This document shows, in pieces, positions 24,791 to 37,882 of a DNA stretch of 64,000 bases. Both the position numbers and the translations under genes were made by a program. The stretch is from Tubulanus polymorphus (taxonomy: Eukaryota > Animalia > Nemertea). The stretch lies in contig NC_134034.1 in NCBI RefSeq assembly GCF_964204645.1, positions 13,715,062 to 13,779,061 on the forward strand, written 5' to 3'. The notes beneath the pieces are model-generated. The model did no database searches. It was not told the origin of the DNA and saw only the letters and a list, made by a program, of their open reading frames with translations. How positions within the stretch are numbered: the first letter of the stretch is position 1; every line of letters starts with the position of its first letter.

Positions 24791-27700
24791 ATGCACTGCA
24801 CGTTACAGAGGCTGACTGCCTATTCGGGACCACCATCCGACTCCTAACTGCTTATTCGCGCCTTCCTTCGTCTGGTAGATATTGAGTACCAGTCCCGGAC
24901 ACTACTGAACAGTCTAAACGTGAGATAGGTATAATGATGCCAGAATATCAAGTTATCTGGGGCGGCAAAGATGGATGCCTATGAGCACTAGGGTGTATAA
25001 AATCATGGTGGCATGAACCAACTCATACATTGATCCAGGCCATACTTCTAAATGAACAGAAGTACATCACGATAAATAGCTATTCTTACTTATTATTTAT
25101 ACCTTTCTGTCCATTTCTTATTTAACTTTCCGTCCAATTCCCATTCCGCCATCGGCAATTATCCCATTTATCAAAATCAAACCCCCTCGGAGTCCATTGT
25201 TGTCGTTTTTCTTAACTACGCCTTATTTTATGTAATAGTGATTACTATATTTTTGCATTGTACGTTTTAGTAAAGAACTTAGACTTAATGATTTAAAAAT
25301 CTTATCGCGCTGCTAAACCTCCATTTCGATGGCACCAGCAGCGGAAAACTAATTCTGTTCTATTCGTGATTCGTTATATCCATCACTCCTATGAAGGCAG
25401 ATGGATCTATATGATACGTAACAATAGTTTACAATTCATTTATATATCGGGATGACGCCCGAACGACAGGGAGGGGTACAGACATCACAGGTGGAATTCG
25501 GCACCAGCTTTCGCACGGAAATGTAAACGTATATTTTTTTCATATATCAAAGGCTTTTTACAAATTCAATAAACTTTTCAAAAAAAAAATAGATAGAATC
25601 GTCGCTGATTTTGTTCCTATCAATTACAGGGAACACGAGTGCGGACGCCGCGACTTGAGTTTCGCACCAGTTCAGACCCGTTAGGTTAGAACTGTTTTCT
25701 TTTTGTAATTCGTTTTTCGATCACCTGTCGAACTAAACCGTCGTGTCTGTGTGTTTGTACCTGTGCGCACACGGGAAAAAAAAACTCAAAACCCCAAACG
25801 CCGTCCGGCGAAAACTAAACCTATTAATCATAAAAAGGCCTTTTTGTCAGCCGGACGAATCGAGGCAAGTGTTCTTCGTTTGAATACGCGCTAATTGCAT
25901 TTGTCTAACCGGGCTAGACCTTACAAATCGGGAGCAGTTTCGGCAGATGTTTCGTGAGACAGGCCCCGCGTTGCAGACGATCTAGCTAAACTTTTCCATT
26001 GAACGCACAATCGAAGTAAGAACAAGAGACGTAATGTAAAAATGATTACAAAAAAAAACACGCCGTGAATGACGGAGATATGGATCGGCTGTGTTTGAAC
26101 AGAGAGAGAGAGAGAAAGAAGCTGCCATTTACGTGTTTGTGTTTGGTATATGTTTGTACTGCAAGAACGCAAGGTGCGACGTCCTCGGTATAATAGCCGA
26201 TGAACCTGCGATCGAGTGCACGACGACGGCCAGCGCTCGATCTCCGAGTCGGGCAGAAGGTGGGTGCAACCTGCAGATGGAAATGTGTTCGAGCAGAAAA
26301 GAGTTCTTAAAAATCTAAAACCGGCGACGATGGCATCGTTTAAACTGTCTGCGCTGTGAGGAGAAATAAACGCGCACCGTTCACCTGGTCGAGTGCGCTC
26401 AAACTATCGTCAGAAAACACCAAACGTCTGTCCGTAAATCTCAAAAACAAATATGTCTTGTCGGGTGCGTGTTGAGAGGATGCTTTAAATAAGAGAAAAG
26501 TTCTAAAGCCGAGGCCCGGTTCGAGAAAAGGCGCGCGAAAACCTGGACGCGGAGCTCTCCGATTGCGCGCCGCACGTCAGAGCATAAATTCGTATTTCCC
26601 TCCAGTCAACTTGAAACGCATGCGCACCGCCGATCGGCTGCCTTTGTCGTGTGTGAACAAGCTATCGGCCTTTGTTTCCGTGTGAAATTCGCACGCGAAT
26701 ATTTTTGCCGTGAAATGGTAGCCGTCGGGCGGACGCCACCTCCTTGATAACAACCGCGTTCGGTTAACCTTACCGGTACTAATAGTTAGGAATATATTAG
26801 GTTAATAATTATCGAATTTGATGTAAGAAATAAATGGTTTTAGAGTTGAGAGAAATTTCCATTCAAAAACATTGAATGGTGTTGTATCTACAAACGCGTT
26901 CGCGTGGCCTCGCGTTCAAGGGCAATATCTCCTGAACAGACCTAGGGTTTAAAAGAGCATCACAAATGGTTCTAGAAATAATTCAAACTATATTTAGTTA
27001 AACATATTCTTACAAAGTAGGATTTCCGAAAGAGACATTCAAATTCGGTTTTGAATTTCAAATTCCCGTGTCTCAAAAAGCGAGTTTTTAAGATAAAGCC
27101 TTGTAGTGGTTCTACGACTTTTTCTAAAGATAACCGATTAATATAGAATATCATCTTTACTCAATCAATGATTCAGATAAACTATGAGTAGGAGTTTATT
27201 TTTAAAGATAGGCAACAACCATTTCTAAACCGCCTCTTATAGATTATTCGTATTTGACGAGGAACTGTTTATTTAGTCGACAGAGTTTCGTTTTATATTG
27301 TTACATTTTTCAGTCTATTCAATAAACAAACAATGATATTTGCGCAGTCTCTCAAAGAAACGACGATTCTTGTAGGATAATTTTCGACACAACATTTCGT
27401 AAATATGGATGAGATGAATTTCACTTGTGAGCAAAACTATGTTAACAAACGGCTGCTTTAAATGATAGCGGACGCAAGCTTTACTTCTTGCTCGGAACAT
27501 AAGAAGCCAAATTCTTTACCCTACCGCGCTTCCAACGAAATCGAAGCGCATCTTGTGCAAAAATGTCAGCATATATTTTTAAAGATATCATTTACAATTT
27601 TCAACTATTTCAAGTGGATGAAATAAGTACTCTCGCAGTCTCCCAGCAGTCGCAGCTATCACCTTCCACGCGTATAAACGCGCGGCGCCATTTTGTTTTG

Positions 27701-28777
27701 TTATGTTTTTTTGAAGAATTATCCGTCAACTCTCAACGCGTGAGTGACGTAGGGGACGTTATATAATAGCATATCCCGTTATACGCTAATGAAAACTAGA
27801 ATTATCACATAAATGACCGTCGTATCGAATCTAAGAAAGCTCGGATGACATCGTTCTTGATTCTTGGAATATTCGTTTCAGTTAAATCCACTTCTGGGGC
27901 GGTGTTTGGGGGGGGGGGTGCAGGAGGCGTATGCTTTCCCTATAATTTTAGTCTCAACACACTGATCACCATTTCTGATTACAGCTGAAATGATGTGGCT
28001 ATCCCCATAAAGGCCCCTTTGACATCATCTACATAGAGGAAATTGACAAATCTTGAAACATATAGGTTTGTGCAGGCGTCCCTATGGTTAACCCAATCTT
28101 CTACAAGTGATGGCTTAATCGACAAAATCTTGCATGATACAAAGTATGAGCCGATTGAAATAGATGTCCTTCCCGCGGGTTTATAGCTATCCACATTATT
28201 CCCCCATGGCCATCGAATTAATAAATATTTTGGTCTATAAACCCGTCTAGAAAATATGTAGACGAACAAAAGCCGACACATATCCCAATTATGTACTTCA
28301 ATTTAAACACAAACTTCTGTAGTTTCGACCGTCGATCGCACAACTATATCTGTACTTCGATAGGTGTGGTGGGTTTGTCAAAGGACACCAAAATCAAATA
28401 AAGGATTTTTCCCTATTTCAAGATGAAAAAAGTCTATGTCGCGTGTATCCAGACAATACAAGGATTCGCTTGGTAATGATTTTTGTATTTATATCGTAGT
28501 GACGACAGATGTTTGTATATTTGTAATCGTTCATAAGTCGAGGCGGCCACTTTCCCGTAACGCCGTGTTTCACATAGCGAACTCTACTCGCTGCTAATTG
28601 GAATTTTGTGTAACTGCATCGTCGGTTGTATCAAATGTCACATGATTTCTGTGTCTCACTCTCTCCTCTGCACTAAGCTTGTAAGCGATCTCTGATTCAT
28701 TCGTGGCAGGAAATTCCAGAATCCATTCACAATGGTTCATCTTGAAGAGAAACGGGAAAAACAAAATAATTCGCGCC

Positions 28778-29370
28778 CGGTTCCGCAGTTGTGTGGGTTC
28801 AATTTGACTCAGTTCCACAGTTGTGTGGGTTTAATTTGACTCAGTTCCACAGTTGTGTGGGTTTAATTTGACTCAGTTCCACAGTTGTGTGGGTTTAATT
28901 TGACTCAGTTCCACAGTTGTGTGGGTTTAATTTGACTCAGTTCCACAGTTGTGTGGGTTTAATTTGACTCAGTTCCACAGTTGTGTGGGTTCAATTTGAC
29001 TCAGTTCCACAGTTGTGTGGGTTTAATTTGACTCAGTTCCACAGTTGTGTGGGTTTAATTTGACTCAGTTCCACAGTTGTGTGGGTTTAATTTGACTCTA
29101 AACCCAGTTCCACAGTTGTGTGGGTTTACCGATGTCTTTGGACACATTTTCACAGTTGTGTGGGTTTAATTTTACTCTCAACCCAGTTCCACAGTTGTGT
29201 GGGTTTACCGATGTCTTTGGACACATTTCCACAGTTGTGGGGGTTTTATTTGACTCTAAACCCAGTTCCACAGTTGTGTGGGTTTAATTTGACTCTGAAT
29301 CCAGTTCCACAACTGTTGTTGGAGTTTAATTTGAATTTAGACTCAGGTCAGTTCCACGCATGGATTTAAT
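28778..29370. repeat. 32-bp and 39-bp minisatellite of the same family
   Basis: About 10 homogeneous copies of cagttccacagttgtgtgggtttaatttgact (28810, 28842 and onward), followed by 39-40-bp variants. Confidence 0.95.
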
Positions 29371-30869
29371 TCGACCTTGGAATAATAGAGCTGAAGTCTC
29401 TCCAGTCTTTTACTCCGAGATTAAACTCTGGTCCCAGTTCATCGATCATCAGTTGCTCAACATTCTGTTTCAATATTAGATATCATTGTGTTTTATGCTC
29501 TCACTGTCGACGCTCAGAACACTAACAACCAATACGGTTTCAGGGCAGTAAACTGAGCCACTTAAACTCCGGAAATGACCGGAAACTGACGAACTATGCC
29601 GGAAATGTGTGCTTATGTTGACACATATCGGGCGCACACGAAGTAACGGCTTAGCAACGATGAGATAGCGGCATATGTGGATTGTTGGCAGTGATTGAAA
29701 GTGATCTAATTAGAGACAAAAGGCGAACGAACAAATAACTGTGTAAAACAGACCGCGAATATTGAAACAAACAGCGCACTGGCGCGCATGCGCGTACCTT
29801 TACAACAAATAACCGACAAGTGAAACTACACAGTCAAATCTAGTTTTTTGCATTTTGTCACCTGGATGATTCGAGGTGTGTCATTTTGTGACCATCAATT
29901 ACTAATACTACTCAAACTGCACAGATTTTTGCGTTTAACCGCTGCATAGAATGTCTCTCTTGATTAGCCCTTCATAGGGTTTAGTCAGTTACTGACCCGA
30001 GCACTTAATCACCACAGTTATGGCCATCTCGTGGAACATGTGAGAAACAGCGCAGACGTAAAGACGTGTCTGATATTTCAGCGGCTTACGAAGAGCCTCG
30101 TGCACGTGTCGCTTAACAAAGATATCCCCCATCGGTCCCGTGTCGACGAACAAACTCGCGACGTTCAAACCGGGCACTTTCCGGACGAATAAAAAACCAC
30201 GACACCCGTTAGTTTCCCCTCATCGGTCGGTGGATGGTTTTAAACGTCCACTCAGACCGCCGTCAGTTCGATATTGTCGCGGTTAATTGCGCCGAATAGC
30301 GGCAATCGAATCTATTGTGTTACGTTGAACAGTTTTTCGTAAATCGCTTCACGCCTTCGTTAACAATAGTCACAAGCACTCGTTTTCGGTTTCAACCGTG
30401 CAACGCTACTTTAATCCTTTAAGTAAAAAGACTTGTTGAAAAAATAGTTGACACCCTAAACGTGCGAGCTTGAATGAAAGAACCGTTACACGGGATTTTT
30501 TAATTTGTAAGTTGGAAGTGTATAGAAACCTATTGCGTGTTCGTGTCTGTTTTTATAGCAGGGATAAAAGTGAACTACATATCACAATGGACCGGGCTAG
30601 AATCTAATGACTGTTTTATGTATCGCCGTTAGATAGTTGTATTTTGTAATGCTCTAACGTCTCAAGCGATTTGTCTCATAATGAAATAACTAAATGATGA
30701 ACTCATTCAGATTTGCCTCTACCACAGAACATTATAACTAGAAATACAATACATATTTAGATGCATGAACATATTTGGTCTTTTATACCAAATTTCCAGT
30801 CTTTAGGCGCCATTTTGTGGCGGTCCCTCGAAGTCCCCATTGTTGCAATGATTTGAACTCTTTTTTAAC

Positions 30870-31118
30870 AAAATTGGCACGGGCCAACCGGATACCAAAA
30901 TTTGGCCAATCAAGCCTGAGCAAAATTTCTGCACAGGACAAATGATTGCGTGTGATGCAACTGGTTCCGGAAGGGACTTCGTTTCGTTTTCGTAGTTCAG
31001 TAGCGAGTGAGTGGTTTGCGTGGGAACGCACTCTCTAATTAGACACGGGCCAAATTTGACTCGAGCCTGATCCGTGCCAATTTGGCTCGGGCCAAACCAT
31101 CCCCGTGTGATCGCGGCT
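30870..31118. mobile_element. One-ended inverted copy of the 262-bp MITE
   Basis: Reverse-complement similarity to 51349-51590; ends in cgtgtgatcgcggct. Confidence 0.75.
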
Positions 31119-32920
31119 TATACGTATATGAACTAGAGCAACTAGTCTCTACAGACAGCATTCCTAGTTCTCCGATACGCGTGTGTGAATAACCGACTTC
31201 GCACTAGCACCACCTAGCGGATACATGGTTCACCTGTCAGATGGTTTTCAAATAAGCGATCTCTTTATTTCAATGTCGTATATTTGACAAAGCGCCGTTC
31301 CGTTCATCTTTTTTTATGAGCGAATGATTGATTTGTATTCATTAACACCTTTGTTTGCAGAAGAGATTCGCGGGAGACCTTTAATTAAACCTTAACACAA
31401 CCGTCAACACGTTTCATCACGTTACCGTACGCCAGCGCGCACGTGCTGCCCTCTATTGTTATCGATCGGGCGCACGTCCACTGATTAAACATGAAGTGAA
31501 AATCGATCGTTTCGTGTTTGGCGATAAATTTCGTATGGTGCCGTTTTTCCAGGTAAAGCGAGAACGCGCCGCGCGTCTGGTCGAATTATACACGTTCTCG
31601 TTGTTTTCTCTTTCTCGGCTCGGTCGCGTAACACGTGACCCGCGGTAGTAAAATAGTCCAGATATCCATACGCGATTCGTACGCAGCGTTGGTTGCCATG
31701 TGCAGAGGATTTCCTATTAAAAACAATTAACCCTGTTGTTGTCCTCGTTAATGGATACGGCACCTTAAACTTGATTTCGTATCGGGCTCCTTACGAGGCA
31801 ACTGTGGAAACTGATTTGACGACATTTAAGATGATCTTAACGATGTGAAATTAAGGGAAAGTAGAGAAAACATAAATCTTTCTTCCATGTTGATGGCGTC
31901 AGCAGCGGTACGATAGAAAACTAACCAGCATCATGGACACTTTTAGTATCTGGTTACGAAAGCTATTTTCACGCCACCGACCTGCCAATCTTTCGCGGAC
32001 TCCTGCAATCAATCTTTCCCACCTTCGGTTTTAGACCTGAAAGGTTGCAATTCCGAGTGGATGAGTTTTCACGATGTCTGTCTCGACGAAAAGGGCAAAC
32101 TCAATGGGAAGGCTTCACCAAGATTCTTAGTTTCTGATGTACCACTGAGTTGGTTACACTAGGATCGTAGAGCAACGCAGAGCACTGTGGAGACAGCCAG
32201 GGCTGGGTGTATGGGAAGGCATGGTCCACACCCCGAGACCACCCCTAAATCCGCCCCGATACGGAAACATGGTTCTGTTTCCTGTTTCCGTGTTTCTCTG
32301 CTGAGCTTAACCACCGTTACAATATTGCCGACGATTTCTAGGTGGAAATAATGTCATCAGCGGCTATAGAACTAACCTATAGATTCAAACCGCGGTCACG
32401 TGATACGTACGACATAGTACGGCACGTGACCTCGAGGACACGCGTGGCAACGGGCATCGAATAGGCTTTTTATTGCCGGTGTCGGCGCGTGCAGGTTTTT
32501 TTATTCGGGAAGGCGTGAACTATAGTTTAATCAAAGTTTGAATGCGTCATTAATCGACATTTGCTCCAGTTTCAGTCGTGGGTCACGGGTAAAATCGAGT
32601 CACCTGCTTAAACGTGTCACAATCGAATCCGTTAAACGCGTGTCGACCCTATACACCTCTATACATCATTAAACGCAATAAAAGTTAATGTGGTCTTTAA
32701 ATGACATTAAATTAATGTTCTTACGTTTTTTTCGTAGTAAATAGAAATTCACAATACGATTTACACGAACGGCTGAATTATTTTCCGAATGATATTCAAG
32801 TCTTTTAGGTTTATTGTGACAAACTCGAGGTTTCACAAAGGCAAAATGAGTACAAAAAAACAGAACAAAAGTTGATCGTTTACGTTTATTGCGATAAAGG
32901 CAATGTGAGATAAAAACCAG

Positions 32921-33033
32921 GGGCCGGTTTTATAGACAGGTATTAACTATAACCCGGGGGCTAACTTAATTCATTTTCAATTGAGTTAACCCCCCGGTTA
33001 ACGATGATACCCGTCTATCTATAAAACCGGGCC
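32921..33033. mobile_element. PIF/Harbinger-like MITE
   Basis: TIRs gggccggttttataga / tctataaaaccgggcc, TSD CAG on both sides, central ttcattttcaattg. Confidence 0.82.
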
Positions 33034-35640
33034 CAGAAAGATAGTTGTTAAAAAGTTAGTAAATTAATACAGAAGGTAATACACGACCAGGAAGGAAGCC
33101 TGAATTATCTTCATTCTTGATTCTGTTTTTTTATATTCTCTGCTTGCGAAAGTGTGGAAAACATAAACTCGTTTGGATACTAATGAAATCAACCGCCGAT
33201 ACGACCGTGCTCAATGAAAAACATGGACTAAATTCGTCACCTATAGATAGACCACTTTCATTGAGACAACGAATCAGTGTAATTGATCTTAAAGTAGGGA
33301 TTGACCCTGTTCTCTGTTCAATAATTTGTAGATTTCGTCTGACCGAGGGTTGGCTTATGAGACACGTACAAATCCATCAAATTCTTTGAATGCCTTTTTT
33401 CATTGTGTCAACAAAGATAATAAATACATTTCAGCGCGGTAGTGTCCTAATATTGCTTTTTGGACCTCAAAGTGCCCTTTTGGGGACATGAGTTGACAGG
33501 TTGTTCAAAATTAGCCACTCTGTGCGAGAGTACTCCCTATATTGCTTTTTTGGACATGGTATGTGAAAAGTCCTTCAAAATTGGCCTCTGGATCCGCCCT
33601 TGTTTAGCAAGTATATTTTGAATATCGGATATTTGCCTGGAAACTGAAAAACCAAAATAACCAAAATTATTGGTTAGAAATATCCTAGTAAGTGATCAGT
33701 AAGAAATAATTGAAATTGAAATCGTTTCAAAATGCGAGAATTTTACGGCAAAACCGAGAAGAGAAGCAGCAGCTGCCGCCGACGAATCGGAAATTTAAAG
33801 CTAATATTGAGTTTTCCGTTTCGGAGAAACTTTATCCTGGGAACGGAGCATATTCGTCTGTGTCGCAACAGGTGACGACAAGAGAGTCGATATCGATCGC
33901 CATTGGTCGACGCCGGGTGCGCGTTAAAAGAGAAAAACGCACGTCACGAAATGGAGAGACCAACACGATGAATACAGGTGCGCGCGAGATACGCGGAAAA
34001 ATGTCGATGTCAGATACAGAAATAATTACAATCGAAATTGCTTTAATCTTGACATGAAACTTTTCTATTTATCGGGTTATTATTGGTGAATGCCCCATGC
34101 GGTGCACGGTCTGGTATCGCCGTCTCGGGGCAGTCAATTCGTGTTTTAGTTTCTATACGTTATTCGTGAGATCTCCACACACGCGTACGAGCGCGTTTAA
34201 AAATCAGGGCATCTAGTACTCTATTTTTTAGTTTGTTCCGTCGGCGTCTGCCGTGAAGAGTTTGTGGTCGTGTTCTTGTCATGATGACAAGAACACGACT
34301 GATGACATCAGTCAATAATAGACCTAATCATAATTTGCTGCACCAACCCTTATTTCAAATAAAGCCAAATCAACAGGATGCACGACCGTGTTGTTCTGTG
34401 CGAGAGTTGTTCCGAGGTTTTGAGGCTACCTAACAATCTCAGACCAGTCTAAACTCTCCTAAGTTTCTATACCTAATCGTGCAAAAATGGCTAGTATATA
34501 TAGTACATAGAAATGTGTGGTTTGATAATCACCATTACTGTGTGTTAAATTCAACTCGAGTGAGTTGAATAAGTTCATGTTCGATCCAGAAAATGAATTG
34601 TGAAACAGGTGAATGAAATCGGGTCTAGAGCATCCTTAGCAATTCTGTTGTTTTTCCACACACTGGGATTACAACCCGGGCCAGCAGCGACAACCAACAG
34701 GCTCGAATTCCCAGGAAAAAAAACTCGTTCAACTTTCACTTCGAATTTTTATTCCAATTAAACGAATAACCATAAAACGCTTTGTTCTCTGACGTTAGGG
34801 AGAAATCGACCGGCTCTTACTTGCACACCGAGAGGGACCGCATCCATTGTTAGATTTCCAATTTCAAAAACCCCTCACAAGCTGAATCGGCCGCCTGCGT
34901 GGCTCTCTAGGGAAAACACCGACCGGCGGTGTTGGAATGAAATCATAGACGCGAGACGAGACGAGGTTCTGATCGGACGACAACATGCTGGTAAACATTC
35001 GTAAATAAATGTATTCCAATATCAGATATTCCTGTGAACTTCACGCGTACAGTGCGCATGCGCCCTTAGTCTCTCGATTACCTGTTAACCCCACACGTAT
35101 TATACAAAGCTTTTAGTTTTTGTTCATTATGTTTTAATCGATATCAAATGATATTCTGCACGAAGTATCCGTTAAGCTTATTGCTGCTGTTGGTTCAAGT
35201 TCATTTATTTCATAGAAATAAAATATGTACAACATAATAATCATTTACACATGATGGATAAAAGTGTGATTTTTAAATAAATTCATTATAAGATGCTGGA
35301 AAAAGGGAATGCCATATTTCAATGACGGCCAATCGAGGCCGTTGAAGCTAACACATGATGCTGCGTACTCACCGCGTCTGAATTATAATTCGTTTCATCT
35401 CGATTTTTGTACAAAGGATATGTTTTATATCTGTGATTTGTAGTAAAGTCTGTTGAGATGTTTTATGTAACGGACTGTAGATAAACGGATTATAATAAAA
35501 CACATGTAGATTTTAAGATAGCGTTCGCTTCACCTGACAAACTGGACCGGCCGCTCTTTAAAGACGAATAGATATAATTGAGAGGACAACTGTTTGAATA
35601 TATGTGATACAGCAAAAATAAAACCTTACAATAACGTCAC

Positions 35641-35856
35641 CTGGATATCCGAAAGCGACGATGCTACAAATTCTAGCATTCTTCGTGAGTTTAACGACGA
35701 GTTTTGAAACGGTATTCGCTTGACACATATACATCACATCACTGTTAGATACAGCGTACTGTTGCGCAACTACGCGACAATCCACGGTTCGATTCGTGTC
35801 ATTCACCGTGATTAGTAAACTGTCTGTGATCGTTTCTCGTCGATGAGGTGAAGGGG
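35641..35856 (-). CDS. Mosaic gene, F-type lectin/F5-8-like domain second half
   Basis: ctctgctttcag|CC phase 1. LLITVNDTNRTVDC...YMCQANTVSKLVVKLTKNARICSIVAFG matches C...C...VxI...LCEVxVFG. Donor at 35640 (gtgacg) or 35629 (gtaagg). Further 3' exons could not be resolved. Confidence 0.55.
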
Positions 35857-36334
35857 CTGAAAGCAGAGATACGCCACGTCATGTAACGTCCGACAAACTG
35901 AACAGTATTTTCCCCGCAATAAAAGTTATCGAATTCGTTGATAGTTTTCATGAAATATAATCAGGGTCTTTTCGACAAGTTCGAAAAATATCTAAGAGAT
36001 CGGTTGCAGGTCCAGCGAATATTCTCATAATCAACACAGCATGAACCGCGAGATTGTTATATCATGATGGATGTCTCATTGCGCAGGTTTGATATTGCAT
36101 TTTTGACATACTGTTTTGAATTTTACTCGACTAGTCACAGTATTTAAGATCAATCTCTTAGATACTTTCCAGATATGTTGCCAATACGCAAAAAATTTTC
36201 AACGGATTCGATGTTTCTATCGCTGAGGAAATACTTTTCAAATAGCGATTCACTTTCATCGGGACACCAAACATATACCAGGAAGTTAAACAAAGGTTTC
36301 ACACGGAAAAAAACCAGAACCAGAAGCTATTTAC

Positions 36335-36944
36335 CCAGAGTCGGTTGTTTGATGTAAAAGTACATTTTCAACGATGTCTCCGTCATATACTTAGCGCAGA
36401 TGACGTCATAGCCTACGCCGCTGATCTTCATTTTGTACGTGGTCATCATTCCCGGCTCGCGCGTCATGTCGGTGACGTCATCCGATTCTAAGACGACGTC
36501 ACCTTCGGGAATGATAGCGATCACGTCTCCTCCCGTTACGGGTATTTCGATTTGATATCTCTTTTTCAAATATGGAAACCAACGAAATTCTTCCTTTACG
36601 CGAACCCGGGCGACGCCTTCTAGTTCGAATCGTTGAAATTCGTCGACGTCGGAGCAATCCATCGCATTACTTGATTCGAACGTCTGGAAGATTCCAATTC
36701 TGGGCGAAACGATTTTGAGATTTTCCGTTGTAGTTATTTCAATGAGATTCACCGGGCCTTTCAATTTACCGATCCGAAAGTAGCCGTCTATACCACCGGA
36801 ACTGAGGTAAGCTACGGAATATAACGTGCCGAATAAACCTGTCGGTATAACAGTTAAATACATGACGGGATCAGTGTGAACTCGAGTTTTGCTGTTTACT
36901 GAATCGTTCAAAAAGACTATAATACCGGTCTTTGAAACTGACCC
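36335..36944 (-). CDS. Mosaic gene, large exon of unknown domain (about 200 aa)
   Basis: Longest ORF in the region, protein-like beta-rich sequence (e.g. IPVTGGDVIAIIP). Bounded by ctcattcaccag or gtcag acceptors and a G|gtaaat donor. Domain not recognised. Confidence 0.55.
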
Positions 36945-37016
36945 CTGGTGAATGAGAATAAAAAACCACATTTTTAAAACTTGTTATCATCATTTTTGTA
37001 AATCGATGAATCTTAC

Positions 37017-37208
37017 GTTGGGCGAATTTGATGCGGATATTTTGAATGGTATGCGTTCTGTGAAGTTGATATTCAATTACAGTTCCGCTTTCTGTTACGT
37101 CACATCCGCCGTTCATCCCAGCCGGTTCACCATCGAGTTTTTTACTTCCATCTCGTGTTGTGTGCACTATTTCAGACGTCGATAGAATATCTATTCGATC
37201 CTCTGTTC
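37017..37208 (-). CDS. Mosaic gene, F-type lectin/F5-8-like domain first half
   Basis: tttcag|GA, KLDGEPAGMNGGCDVTESGTVIEYQLHRTHTIQNIRIKFAQ C|gtaaga resembles the AxDG...CxxT...L...IxxIxI pattern. Phase 1-1. Confidence 0.55.
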
Positions 37209-37347
37209 CTGAAACCGAATTTAGGACTTGAATCAATCATTTCTATAAATATTCGGCTTCCGAATCCGTCGAAATCCGTTTTAAAGATAACTGATTCATG
37301 TTGCGTTGCGCGCTATCGCGCAACACAGCCTCTTTATTCGAGCTTAC

Positions 37348-37500
37348 CGGTATAAATCTGACAAAGACAAGGAAGCTTGATGTTACAGTCAAATAGATCG
37401 AGTTCTCCGCCGTATATTCCCGAACATCGCTTGTTACCGAAGTGAGTTCTATTTGGTGGATGCAAATTCCTTTTGATCCAAAGCGGTGTGACGTGTAGAT
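37348..37500 (-). CDS. Mosaic gene, C-type lectin-like domain C-terminal exon
   Basis: aacag|AT, DLHVTPLWIKR...KRCSGIYGGELDLFDCNIKLPCLCQIYT G|gtaagc, matching the CTLD WI...C...DC..KLPxxCQ pattern. No EPN/QPD or WND motif. Phase 1-1. Confidence 0.72.
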
Positions 37501-37607
37501 CTGTTAAATGTGGAAATTCTATAATTAATCTGATCATGTCTGATCATCGACTCTAAAGCCAATTCGTTTTAGAGCCCATGGTCTGAATTACTAGGTGTAT
37601 GATATAC

Positions 37608-37817
37608 CTGTAAATTCGTTGCTTATCCTGCGCCATATTTCTGTGAGCTGACTGAGAAAGAACGGACCCAACTCGGAGCCGAAAAACCTTTTCGCGCAGA
37701 AATCTTCGCAGTACCAGAACGGCATTATTTCGGAAACTCGAACGAACACGCGAGAATGTCCTAAATCAATCCACCTTCTCGGTATTACACGGTCTTTTTG
37801 AATCATCTTCATCGGGC
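37608..37817 (-). CDS. Mosaic gene, C-type lectin-like domain N-terminal exon
   Basis: ttttcag acceptor. WIDLGHSRVFVRVSEIMPFWYCEDFCAKRFFGSEL resembles the CTLD N-terminal half. Phase 1 donor G|gtatat. Phase does not match the previous exon (see findings). Confidence 0.55.
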
Positions 37818-37882
37818 CTGAAAATCACACGGACATATTGTTCGGTATCGACAAGATATCAATGATTATTGCGTTGACTTAC

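Noticed and set aside
28778-29370. 32-bp repeats as a CRISPR array
   Set aside because: Head-to-tail tandem units with no unique spacers.
32325-32368. Minus-strand CUGAUGA...GAAA...GUC as a hammerhead (similar weak cases at about 45580-45620 and 57918-57945)
   Set aside because: Stem II cannot form, or GAAA is not adjacent to it; consistent with chance.
35290-35556. Terminal PAN/apple-like exons of the mosaic gene
   Set aside because: A CVSFN-like fragment exists, but no in-frame splice path could be built with confidence.
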